Shown one piece after another: positions 39,581 to 51,001 of a DNA stretch of 64,000 bases. The DNA is taken from contig BDGG01000003.1 in NCBI GenBank assembly GCA_001949185.1, positions 3,951,158 through 4,015,157 of the forward strand, written 5' to 3'. The translations under genes were made by a program, and so were the position numbers. Below the pieces are notes generated by a model. That model saw only the letters and a list, made by a program, of their open reading frames with translations, was not told the origin of the DNA and ran no database searches. The DNA comes from Ramazzottius varieornatus. Its lineage: Eukaryota; Animalia; Tardigrada. Each line of letters opens with the position of its first letter. Position 1 is the first letter of the stretch.

Positions 39581-40192
39581 TTCGGTTGTTTATTGAGAAC
39601 TGAAGTGTTTATGGTATAAAATAGAACTTGATGAAGTGCTACTGAAACCGTCTGGCGTTTTATATGACGGCGAAAGTCTTAAATGGGTATGACCAGCAGA
39701 TATTCACATCTAGCCGAATGAACTCATTGCTTGGAAAAACCTCTAGGTAGTAAGATACGACAGCCAGTCGATCAAAAGGCTTTTCGCACAGTACCGGAAG
39801 CGCAACTTTCTTTTACGGCCGAGAAATTTTTGTTGATGGAAACCAAACGAGTTCATTTCTGTTTATGAACCTCGAATTGTTGATGCTTCGAACTACCGAT
39901 TTCGCTGCCAGCGGCCTTAAGCCGGCACGTTGTTGATGCGAAATCAATGGCATAAACCGACGGCATAAACAATCTTACCAGCTACCGTCTCGATGTCGTA
40001 CGTCTCTACCTAGACTGTGCAGGTGCTTGGTAGAACGGACCTTCCGAATGCTCGGGTACTCGGAAGGTCTCTGTCCGAAACAGCATTGCTGTCGTTGCAT
40101 CTTTGAGCGCGGATTGCGGAATAAGGAAATGTTTTTCAGTTGAACCGGAGTGTCCTGCATAAATGTGATGAGTTTATCCATGTACAATTTGC

Positions 40193-40311
40193 CGGGAGGC
40201 CGGCAAACGAGACGTGTAAAGAACGTTTTCCTAAGTGGCGCAGGTTTCCAATGTGTTCGGATAGAAGCGTACGCCACTTAAGTTGACAAGTGTATGCTGC
40301 CGGTCTTCCAG
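40193..40311. repeat. Hairpin element between Kazal-like gene 1 and the basic protein gene
   Basis: CCGGCA..TAAGTGGCGCA..TACGCCACTTA..TGCCGG. Confidence 0.7.
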
Positions 40312-40412
40312 TTGTTTTTGGGGGTGGCAGTGTTCTTTCTCTCTTTTTATAATCATTCCAAATATCTCATTTCCCGCTGAAACAGTAAACCATACCGGTA
40401 ACTATTTAAAAC

Positions 40413-41381
40413 TTAAAAGAGATTACGGCGGAAAAACATTTTAAAACCGATAAAAACATAAAAGAAAACTCTTGTCTCCGAAAGCTGACTAATTGTGTGA
40501 ATTGCTCCATTGTGTTTTGGCGGAAGGGTAGTTGCATTAGGACTGGACAGTATGACCGGCTCGCCGACTTTGATCACTTTCAATACTGCTGGGTTCGACT
40601 TCGAGGTGTTCTGTTGAGACAGAACGTAGGTGATGATTACTTTGCGGAGAGTATTATTGAAAGCCTTTGGGTTCAATACAGATTGCGCCGAGTCATAGGC
40701 TTTGCGAAAAGGCCGTTTTTTCGATCGTTTACGATGCTCCTCATTCATTTTCCGTAATTCCGCAGTCTCCAAAAGTCGTAACTTCGCCAACAGCCTACTT
40801 TCTTCTCGTCGAGGCAGTTTTCGGGAAGATCTGTCTTTCTTTTTTGGTATTTCTTTCTTCTCTTTCGGCCTGTAGGATATCCTTTTCACCACTGAATGCT
40901 CTTCAGAGACCATCTTGTGATCCGGAGGCTTCTTTCCTGCGTCAAAGGTATTTTCCCGGTCCTCCGCCCTGTGAAGATGAGTTCTTCGTATTCTTCGACC
41001 GGCGTAGGGATTTGTTTTTTCCCGTGGTCGTTCGTCTTCTTCATCTTCCAGATCATCCTCATACCTGTCCAGCTTTCGTGGTTGTGTCGCGTGGCCGTCT
41101 CTCTGTTGCGAACGGCTGCCTGATCGCCTGTCTGACTTTCGTTCGGTCACATGATCAAAGTGCTGAGTAATCAGAGGTAGTATCAGTCTTTCCGGTGGGT
41201 TGTGTTTGACCGTGGGTCGAACTGGCTTCAGAGGCCGCACGTCGGTCGCTCCTTCAGGTGGGTCCACAATGGCGTACAGTGCACGGGACTTGGCGGTTGA
41301 ATAAGGAATGAACTTGACTAGTGTTAATAGAATCAACCAAAGGATACTTTCAGGTGACTTGTGGATAGAGTAACAGAGCAT
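40413..41381 (-). CDS. Secreted basic (K/R-rich) protein of unknown function
   Basis: 322-aa ORF with an N-terminal hydrophobic signal and many dibasic sites; 3' end may be spliced. Confidence 0.65.
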   Translation of the reverse strand: MLCYSIHKSPESILWLILLTLVKFIPYSTAKSRALYAIVDPPEGATDVRPLKPVRPTVKHNPPERLILPLITQHFDHVTERKSDRRSGSRSQQRDGHATQPRKLDRYEDDLEDEEDERPREKTNPYAGRRIRRTHLHRAEDRENTFDAGKKPPDHKMVSEEHSVVKRISYRPKEKKEIPKKKDRSSRKLPRREESRLLAKLRLLETAELRKMNEEHRKRSKKRPFRKAYDSAQSVLNPKAFNNTLRKVIITYVLSQQNTSKSNPAVLKVIKVGEPVILSSPNATTLPPKHNGAIHTISQLSETRVFFYVFIGFKMFFRRNLF

Positions 41382-41717
41382 TCTTTCTCAGAATCATTTT
41401 TCCAGGAGGTCCAGTTCGAGCTGGAGTCTTGTAAAAATACCCCTAAATCTAAGAAAATCAGATAACGGATACTGGTATTGTTTTACACCGACGGATTTGA
41501 CTCGTGAGTTTCCATTTTTGTTATCAGTGGTGCTGGTCTTTTAAAAGTAGTGCAGTAAGGAGCCTCTGTAACCAGGTGACTAAAAGGAATACCGAACATC
41601 CTCGTGGTTCCCGAAACTGTCAACGGACCTGAAGAGTTGCACGCACATGCAGGTTGTGAGGTTTTATTGTGAGACATAAATATTATTACTATGTATTATA
41701 TTTAAAGAACACCAGGT

Positions 41718-43802
41718 CTAGCGACCGCCATGAGGTCGTGGGGTGGTTCTTGTTGTTGCGCGATTGCGGTTCAGTGATGGCGCGCTCTGTTGCTGCTGGC
41801 GGTTACTCGCTCTGGTGGTTTCTCTATTGTGGGACTCGCCATTCTGATTTTCATGCTCGAAATCTTGCGCGTTGTCCGCACCCTGGTTCGCGTTCTCTTG
41901 GTCAATCGGTTGATACTCTGCATTTCCGTAAGCAGCTCGAGGGTACTCGTTAGTCTGCTGCCCGAAGTTGTTTCGATAGCCTTCCGCATTCGACGAACCA
42001 TACTGTGGTTGGCCGCTGTACTGGCCACCATTCGAACAGGGCAGTTGTCCGCCGTAGAACCCATTTTGGTTCTGGTTTTGGGCTCCTTGATTTCCCCCAA
42101 CATAGGCACCTATGTGCGAGTAAGAAATACTTAGAACCGCGACAGCTGTTCAAGCAGACTCGGCAAGATCGTCTTTCCAAGTGGCGCACGTCTTCCAATA
42201 AACTGAAAGTGTGCCCCACTTAGCAAAACTTTCTCAACTTCCTTGCCGAGCTCCCACCTTCGAATATTTTAATCCGAGCTTTTAGTATTCGGGGGTTCTT
42301 ACCATAGTCCGGAGGCCGATCCATGGAGGTTTCCGGTCTCATGTTTTGTTGGTTCGTATATTGTTGGTTTTGGCTACTACGCCCAGAAAATTGCATGTTG
42401 TTGCTATTCGGGTACGGCTGTTGTGAGTTCCAAGGACCCACTGGATTTTGTCCACCGAATTGTTGCATGTTCGGAGACCCCTGCCCATAGGGCAGGCCGT
42501 AGTCTCCTTCCGCACCAAACGCGCTCCCGTCCGGTCTAAAATACAACCTAATTGCGCGTTATTTTTGTTGTTTCCGCAGGACGGTGTTTCTTACCTGCCG
42601 AGCTGGCTACCGAAGCTTCCCGTTGGCGGAAAGCGGCTCTCCATAGAGCTCGAAGTTTGGGGACACTGAATTCGACAAGGGCAGTTACCCTGGCATCTTA
42701 TACCGAGTCCTGACAAACAGTACGAGCCATTCAGTCATAGGTCAAGAAACGTTCGGAACGGTCTATTGCTACCTGTGTTGTACATCATGGCTTGCTGCAG
42801 GGTGGAGGGGTCGCTGGTAACGGTTGATCCGTTGGACAAGCAGTAACTTTGGCGGATGCCAAACTGATAACCTGGTCCCGCTTGTCGTTTCACCTTTTGC
42901 TGGAACGCGGTCAGCTTTCCCGTTCTTCTTTCTGCACCTTGCGGTTCCTGCGCTTCCCGGTCGCCGTTCCCTGGACGAGACAAGCTGTTAGGGTCGCCGA
43001 ATACCTCACTTCTTCCGCCTTCATTAGCACCTCCTGTGTTGCCACCTCGTCGACCTTCGTTGGAGCCACCCGTTTCTAACATGCACGGTCGAAGGCCCAT
43101 TCCTGTCAAAAAAGCAAAGTATAGATCTCGAAACACGGAAATGCTGCGAACAAAATGTTCGAACAATTGGGAGCTAGACAAGTGAATCGAGCCAGATTGC
43201 TTTCGCAAGTGGCGCGCTCTCTCAGTAAACGACAGCGAGAACGTGCGCCACTTGAGTGAACGATCTGGTTCAATCGCCCTCCACCCAGTTTCTAGAATAG
43301 TTTCGTCCTCCATCCACGCTGTCATTGCAGTACCTTGGTCCATTGCTAAGCTGTTAGCTAGTCGACACAGATCTTGATGGTGCTGTCCGTAGTTGTCGCA
43401 GTAGATCAAAGTGGGCGCAATACCTGACTGCGGCAGTGGGTTCATCGCGGAAGCACTCGATCCACCTCCAAAGCTGGATCCTTGGGCGTTGGCAAACGGC
43501 GAACCAGGCATCTGGTTGGCTCCTTGGTTCGGACAAAAGCAATTCGGGGCGAACTGACCACCGCCATTCGGCTGTTGGAATTGTCTCTGCTGCTGCTGCT
43601 GACCAAAGCCATTAGCGTTTTCCGGTCTTCCGTTTGGTCGGGTTTGCTGTGGTGACCAAGGACCTTGCGGCTGTTGCTGTAAAGTGGGATTCTGATGGGA
43701 ATTAGGCGCGTTGTGTTGGGCGGAAGACAAAGAAATCGAGATCGCTACAACGATACAGAAGAGCCAAACGAACACTGCTTTACCGCAAGGTGGGTTCTTC
43801 AT
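41718..43802 (-). CDS. Secreted Q/N/G-rich atypical Kazal-like protein (paralogue 2)
   Basis: Signal peptide; PNCFCP...YCDNYGQHHQDLCRLAN, CLSNGSTVT...GLGIRCQGNCPC; 5 exons; Q/N/G-rich low-complexity regions. Confidence 0.8.
42145..42256. repeat. Hairpin element, Kazal-like gene 2 intron
   Basis: AAGTGGCGCAC..GTGCCCCACTT..TGCCGAGCTCCC. Confidence 0.8.
43168..43293. repeat. Hairpin element, Kazal-like gene 2 intron
   Basis: CCAGAT..CAAGTGGCGCGC..GTGCGCCACTTG..ATCTGG. Confidence 0.8.
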
Positions 43803-44403
43803 AGTGTCGTCCAGGTGCTAAAATTCTCAAGAAGGCTAGCCAGATGAAAGTTATCAAGATGTAAAATTAATCCTGTTTCTCGTTGGTTACTTTCTCATTT
43901 ATGCTGTCCCTTTCTGATACCCCTTGAATCATGTCAAGAACAGGAGCCAAAAACTAGCATCGTTTGCGCTACGAAGTTGATGTATCGGATTAGATCATTC
44001 AGCAAACATACAAACAATATTTTGTTTTAGAGATCAACAAGCTACTTGGCAGACAAAAGCGGCCTTGAAAGTACAGAAGTCAACCGTCTGCACCTTCTTA
44101 TTGACCTGCGGATAATCCTGCTGTATGTGTGCTTTTTTTGGGCTTACCCGGTAGCCTTCTCGGAGGGTTCTCCGGCAAGTTGCCACGTATACCGAAGCAT
44201 CTGTTGTGCCTGCTGAGGTAGGCTGTGTTAACTTCGTTGAATGCCACCGTAACCGAATCTCAACGTTGTACCTACACCCGTCTTCGAACGCGGTGGCGGC
44301 GCCTGTGCACTGGAGCTCGTATACGCTGTGATCCGGTTCTTCCAATGGTTTTGGGACTAGTTTTCAGCTGCTTGCTTCGAAAGAGGGCCTTAATTTATTA
44401 TGC

Positions 44404-45804
44404 TCAATTTATTTTATTATGAATGTTTCGAGAGAAGATACCGTACAAATTAATGCAATCGAATGGAAGCGAATATAAATACTGTACATCAACAAGAAAA
44501 TACAGTATTTCAGAAATTGAGAAAAACTTTCGCGCTTCGTCTGTCAGATACCGCTCAGGTAGAATGTGACCGGTACGAACCCCCGTATTCCCAAATGTGT
44601 TACCACTTACGTTGGCGCTGAAATCAAAAAATGTCATCTGAGGATAGTTCTCATGGGTGACGCAGCAGAAACTTCCTACGCAGATTTATAGACGTACCAT
44701 TTTCGGGCAAACGATTGGTGGACAGGGACAAGGTCTGTCGCAGCGAATTCCTACTCCTGAAATTCGAATGTTCTGTTGCATGCGGGATGTTCTGTTCCAA
44801 CATGCGGGAGCTGGGCAAACGAGTTGAGCCAAATCGTCATCCCAAGTGGTGCACGTTCTCATTGTTAATGGCCGGACGCATGCGCCACTTGCGTAAGCGC
44901 TCTGGATCAGTTCATTTGCCAGCTCCCAAACGGCTCAATGGTCGTACAAGTAGTAACTAAGTACTGTACCTGTAGAAGCTTGGAGTTGTTGATGAATGGT
45001 ATGCATCGTTCCGGTGACACTCTGTCCACTGGTCAGGCACAAGGTCTTTTGCTTTTGCTCGTGCGAACCACCTCCGTGTTCCATCATGTTCATGTTGCCG
45101 TTCATGTTGGGATTGAGCATCATGTTATTATTGTTATTATTGCTCATGCCATTCATATTGTTGTTCATGCCGTCCAAATTGTTCTGATTGTTCATCATCT
45201 GCCTGATTTTGCAGGGAAGTTTTCCCAAGTCTGAAGAAGAAAACAATCATTAGTGTTTTACCGTTTCTTTTGTCTCATGATAGCGTACGAAAGCAAATAT
45301 TGACGTCAATTTCTCTGCTCTAAACCAGGAAAAGATGGAATCCATCCAAATCTCTGCGGATGGTACTCTTACTTGGGTTGGAGTATTGGGCGTTTACGAA
45401 GGCGCACTTGTCGGTGTAATTCTGACCATCGCTACCGCAGATCGTGTCCATCTTTGCACGCCCGCCCCAACTACCCATTCCTCCGTGGCCGGCCTGTCCA
45501 CCCCACTGCATCTGCGACGAACCAGAAGGTCCAGAGTTGGACTGCATTTGGGACCAGCCAGAGTTTGAAGTGTTCATGATGGGACAAACGCAGTTAGGAG
45601 GAGTTTGTGACGTCGTTGTCTGTCCTTGAGCGTAACTGACCAGAACACCTTTGAACAATAACAACAAACATTAATTAACTTAAGTTACAAAATAAAACGG
45701 CTCGTTAATTTCATTAGTTGGAAATGGGAATAGGACGGAACAAGATTCTTACCGGTAACAACCACCACGAACGCGGATAAAAGCACTGCGCAATAAGCTG
45801 CCAT
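44404..45804 (-). CDS. Secreted N/M-rich atypical Kazal-like protein (paralogue 3)
   Basis: MAAYCAVLLSAFVVVVT|G signal peptide; PPNCVCP...ICGSDGQNYTDKCAFVNAQYSNP, CLTSGQSVTG, GVGIRCDRPCPC; 3' end uncertain. Confidence 0.8.
44805..44927. repeat. Hairpin element, Kazal-like gene 3 intron
   Basis: GGGAGCTGGGCAAA..CAAGTGGTGCA..TGCGCCACTTG..TTTGCCAGCTCCC. Confidence 0.8.
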
Positions 45805-47311
45805 ATCGACGGGCGGTTTTAGGGAACAGAAAATCGAGAGGTGGCTGAGCAGAATAATCGGGAAGGGACAGCGAAAAGGAATATTGACCTGTTGGATTTT
45901 TTTAACGAATCTGCATGTAAACTTGACCTGGCTTTATAGTGCAGTAAAGAATGGCGCGGAAGTAACGTGTTGTGGCTGCATTATTCTTCAGTTGGTATAA
46001 GCTCGGTCAGCAACGATATTATCAATGAGCTTCAGGTCCGGGATAATAAGAAATTTTTCTCGATACGGAACCGGGGGAGATGGGTTTACAAATGGAACAA
46101 ACAGAGTATGTCATACGCCACCATGACTGACATATTTCGTTCCTGGCAAGATGGGTATTGGAAGGCACGAGATACGGGTGGAATCTTATTGACAGGAAAT
46201 CATGCGTACCTCGCCCGGTGGTTCGTCGAAGACTGGAAAGAGCCTCAACGCACCTTCCGCAATACAAAACAAACTTGTCTATCCAGCATTTCCTTCATCA
46301 TGGCGCAGTACATAATGCATATCCATGTACAGTGTTCAATGGGAAAACCAACCCCAAACACTAGCAGGTATGAATGATAGGACCAGCGGACAAGTTTCCG
46401 AAGACTGGAAAGACAGTCAGGCAAGTTTCAGCGACAACGAACAAGTGACAAGAACCCTTTTGCTGTTCGCTTACCACCGAAACTTCGCCTGACAGTAAAA
46501 TTCCCACAGAAATAGATGGACGTATGGGCAAATTGACTCGCCCAGATCGTTTTTCCAGGTCAATGTGCACCACTTCTGGTGACGAGCTGGTTCGACTTAT
46601 TTTCCCATGTCACAGACATGGAAGAAAGGGTCAGCAAGGAATAAAGGGATAAACTTTAAAACATTCTTCCATGTGCAGGTTCAGGAATCGATGTAGCATG
46701 CTACTGCAGAAGGAAGAAACGAACTGGTGGATACGTAGCACACGTTGGATAGACTGATCGAGGGACTCGACGATCTGACTTGACGTGAAGTCAGGCTGGC
46801 GAATACAGGGCAAAAGAGTGTGAAGTATTCGACGATATAAGAAAAGAGTTACAAATTGCGGCAATTCATTTTAGAGAAAATTATAAGAATAGCCAAGAAA
46901 CGTCACAATTACGGAAGTCACGCAAGAGGCTAAGCTCTACAATTTCCGCATGGAGAAGTCGCGGATATGGCAAGTTTATTACCCCGACTCCAGAAATCGG
47001 CACGCCATCTTGCAATGCAGGCCTGCGCCACCAGTGATTAGCTTCCGTCTTCTATTGTACTTTTTCGGGACATCGCTTGCTAAAGTCCTCGTGCTAGGCG
47101 GTCGTTTATATCTTTTCATAACGTCTTAAATGTCGCCGGCCCGTCAACTACAGATGTACACTGAAGGGTCATCACTCACTCTTAGGACGGAAATACAGGA
47201 TTCCAAGCTTTGGCAGTGTGTTCGATAGCTGAACTCTATGAATGACCCGCATCGCCTGTTCAACCAACAGTCCCAAAACACCGTGCTGTCTTACGGTGCA
47301 ATATGGGACGA

Positions 47312-47596
47312 CGTCGGCAAATCCGAACAAGATCGTTAGATCAAGTGGGGGCCATTCCTGGCCAACAACAATGAAAACGTGCGCCACTTGATATGCCAGT
47401 CGTGGTCAATCCATTTGCCGATTTCGTAGATCCAGTTTTCATCAGACTAGATGACAGGTCTCTTTATTATTTGGGAGCTGGGCAAACAATTCGTACAAGA
47501 TCGTTATCTTGAGTGGCGCACTCTTCCCGCCATTACCAACGATTTTGTGCGCCACTGGAGTTAACGATCTTGTATTTGTTGTATTCCCAGCCCCCA
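47312..47596. repeat. Two adjacent hairpin elements, apparently intergenic
   Basis: 47312-47421 and 47472-47596, each with core pair and arms. Confidence 0.75.
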
Positions 47597-47818
47597 TTTT
47601 GTAACTGTGTTTTTCTCGACCGCTTCCGGAGTTTGTGAAGTCGGCTCTTCCTTCGGAGTCCTGAAGATGGCGCGTGCAGGACATTCCCGCGTGCGGTGGC
47701 GCCACCTATCGGAGAACCTCCTTGGGTTGATCTTTGCGCTACAACACACATCTGTGCAACGGAGTTTGCGAGTATATCTTGCGACTTGCCAGTGAGATGA
47801 ATTTGAAATGTACATAAT

Positions 47819-48881
47819 AGAGAGGTTGATATTTGACTTGATGGGTGTTTAGCACAGATTTAGCACAGCAACGAGCCAATCGGAATAGACCACGTAGGCG
47901 GGCCTGAACCGATTGAACCCACTATGCTATGCAAGCTCTGAACTTTGCATAGCGCATACGGGACGCTATTCCGATGTTTAGTGGAGCTTGCATAGCAATT
48001 CAGCTATTTCTCTCCGGGGCATAAATTACTGTCGGTAACACGAATCTTAGGGCAACACGGTAAATTTTCACCGTCGTCTACTCCGGAAAGACTTCGAAAT
48101 ATTCGAACGGAAACTTTGAAACTTTTTCTGTGTATTTCCATGGTTTTTGATATCAGTGATACCGATGGACGTGTCGATCGCTGTCGATGGGTCAGACGCT
48201 CATAACCTGTCTATAGCAGACACTTCCAGCTCAGGTAAACTACGGAGGGACTTCAGTCTGGAAGAAGAGACTGCTTTATGCAACGAAATCGAGGAGAAGA
48301 AGCCGATGTTTAATACCGCTCAGTTGGTATGGTGAAGCTAACGATACCGTCAACTGTAGCTTTATGTACAGCCTTGTGGGATTCTACGTGCTGTCACTGC
48401 TGTGAGTCCTTTAACTGTAGCCTTGGTACTTGGCTCTACTTTGAGGTTAACTGCAGCTTTGCACTATGCTCAACTCCAGCTTCATTCCCAGTCTCAATGT
48501 AAAAGTCAACTGTAGCCTTGTGCTAACAGGGGTTGTACCTTGCTTCTTCTTGGGCTCTTTCTTGTTCTTAGAAGGGACCGTTGTTGAACTTTCTCTGGGA
48601 ACCTTAAGGACACGACCGCTACGGAGAGGCATGGTGTACAGCTACAATTTTCGAGGAAAACTACACAGTGAAAGACTGAAAGTAGGGCAAACCTACAGTT
48701 AATGGTAAGGCGAAAAATAAAATTAAAAATTTATCGAACGCGTACGTACGTGAGGTATGCTAATCACGAGTTTGCGTAGTGCAAGTCGCAACCTCTGCTG
48801 GTTTAGTGTAGCCAGGGGCGGAGCTTGCTCACTGTGCTAAACCTGTGCTAAACACTGATCAAGTCAAATATCAACCTCTCT
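47819..48881. mobile_element. PIF/Harbinger(PHIS)-like internally deleted transposon
   Basis: ~50-bp TIRs AGAGAGGTTGATATTTGACTTGAT..GTGTTTAGCACAG.TTTAGCACAG; AAT duplicated at 47816-47818 and 48882-48884; internal Myb/SANT-like ORF start (FSLEEETALCNEIEEKKP..W). Confidence 0.8.
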
Positions 48882-49328
48882 AATATGTGATCGTATCAAA
48901 CCTGTGTCTGTACATAAATTTACCGTGGTTGGTTATACAGATGGATGTTGATCCGAAGCTAGCGCGACCAACTCATACCAGCTGTAATGGAAGATTGAAC
49001 CGGATTGACAAGGTATCCAGCAAGGTGAACGATGCTGCGGAATAACACTGCAGACTAACACAGCTGCTATTTCTCGTTACATGCGCTTTCTCGAGACCAA
49101 GGAAAATCGATTTCCACAATCCACCTGTATCTGTGCCACATTTGAAATCTGAATAGCGTAGTCATCGAACGTCTAACACCGTTGCTCATCCTTCGATTAA
49201 CAGCATCACCGCGAAGCAGATTGCCCATACAGTATCATTATGTGTCATCTTCGCATTAAAACGGGCATGCTTTGGTTTATCCGTGTCCGTTTGTAAGAAC
49301 GGTGAGGCAGAATTACCAGCCCTCCGAC

Positions 49329-50679
49329 ATGCCGTCCCATCTAACATCCGCCTCTCGGGGTTTTCATCCTCTGGAAGAAGCGAAAGCTCCTCTGAAAGCT
49401 CTGATGGTCCTGTCTGGAATTCAGATAACCCTGGGGTTGTTCTCCATTATTGTTCAAGGAATATGTAAGTCTGTACGAGTACTCCAAACTAAGCTAACAG
49501 TGAATGGTTTCGTGCAAGTGTCGGTCTGTCGTCGCGCTCTTGGCACACTCACTGTTTCCGAGAAACCCTTTTCATGTGTTCAAGATCTGTCCATTGTCCT
49601 CCAAATGGACAGCTTGTCACCAGAAACTTTGTTAATTCTGTTTGAACGCATTGAAAAAAAGAAATGAAAATCATCTAGGAGCTGGGTAAGGAATCCGTAA
49701 AGGTAGTTTATCTTGAGTGGCGCACCCTCTCAGCCAGTACCAACGATTTCGTGCGCCACTGGAGTTAACGATCTTGTACGTTTTGTTTACCCAGCCCCTA
49801 TTTTTTGCTCAGATATTATTAATTTTTTGTCTTACAGTTACTGGAATAATACTACTGCATCTCCAACCGGAAATGCGCCACTTTCTCGTTTCTTTCGGTT
49901 TCTGGGCAGGAATCGTATTTGTCACTACCGGTATCACCGGTCTACGTCTCCGCAAAGGCCATTTCCTCCCTCCCTTCGAGCACACTAACTCCAAGCAGAG
50001 CAATTACCGCCCGGTAGCTACGGCCTTCCTGACCATGTGTATCGTCTCCGCTCTTTGCGCCGGCGTTTTATTTGCCTTGAACGCCGTCAGTCTCTTTTGG
50101 TTGAGTCATCGACCCCTCTTTCCAGCGCCGTTCTACGTCATGCTCCATCGCGACATCTACCTCTACACCCCACTCACCGCTACTCTGCTGGCCATCGGCG
50201 TACTGCAGTTGGTCCTCTCCGCAGTCTCGGCCAGCCTGTGCTGCAGTGTACGCTTTCACTGTTGCAGAGGACGCAGACAACATTCGGGCAGAACTAGGTT
50301 ATTCATCGATTACCCGAGTAGTACTCTGGACTCTGCTATGGGAAGCCTGGCTCGTCGCCTGAGGTCCTACTCCCAGTTCTCCTTGGTACCACCGCCTAAT
50401 GTGACCACCCAACAAGGAAGTTCCTCGCAGGTGCCGCCTGTACCTAGTTTCACAAACCGTCCTCCGCCATCTTACGAAGAAGCCTGGGAAGATCGAGAAG
50501 TGGCTAACCAGAGCACTGTTCCTGTCATTGCGAGTCCGCCACCTGCGGAGAACCTTCAGACGACTATTGTCAGCGTGGAACCTACGATGGCGGCAAGGGA
50601 AGGTCACTCGAGTACTCGGGTCTATCAGAATGTCAGTCCATCGCAGTTATCCCGTTCTCGTTCTCGTACTAGCTTCTAG
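49329..50679 (+). CDS. MS4A/CD20-like four-TM protein
   Basis: LSGIQITLGLFSII, GFWAGIVFVTTGITG, FLTMCIVSAL, LSAVSASLCC, and a PPSY motif in the tail; 2 coding exons. Confidence 0.8.
49677..49799. repeat. Hairpin element, MS4A-like gene intron
   Basis: TTATCTTGAGTGGCGCAC..GTGCGCCACTGGAGTTAACGATCTTGTA; closely resembles 47472-47596. Confidence 0.85.
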
Positions 50680-51001
50680 ACAAGCTTTGTTTTGATCGGT
50701 CTCGACCTTTGAGTTTGCTCCGAGAAAGCAACATTGACCATGAACTCCGAGGTACAGACACCAAGTGCTTCACGGTTGACGGCTCCTCAACGAGCCGTAG
50801 AAAGCGATTGTTTTTTTATCGATGTTTTTTCCTGCTGTACAAACCGTCGCTTTCTTCCGTTAATGTATCCCTTGTCCTTCCGAAAATAAAAAACATTTGG
50901 GTTTTTTGCCTAACTTGCGAGACATTTCGATATGATTTGTCTTTCTTCTGCCAAGTAACCACGATTATGTCGATAGAATTTTGCTCTTTAGGCTTTATGA
51001 A

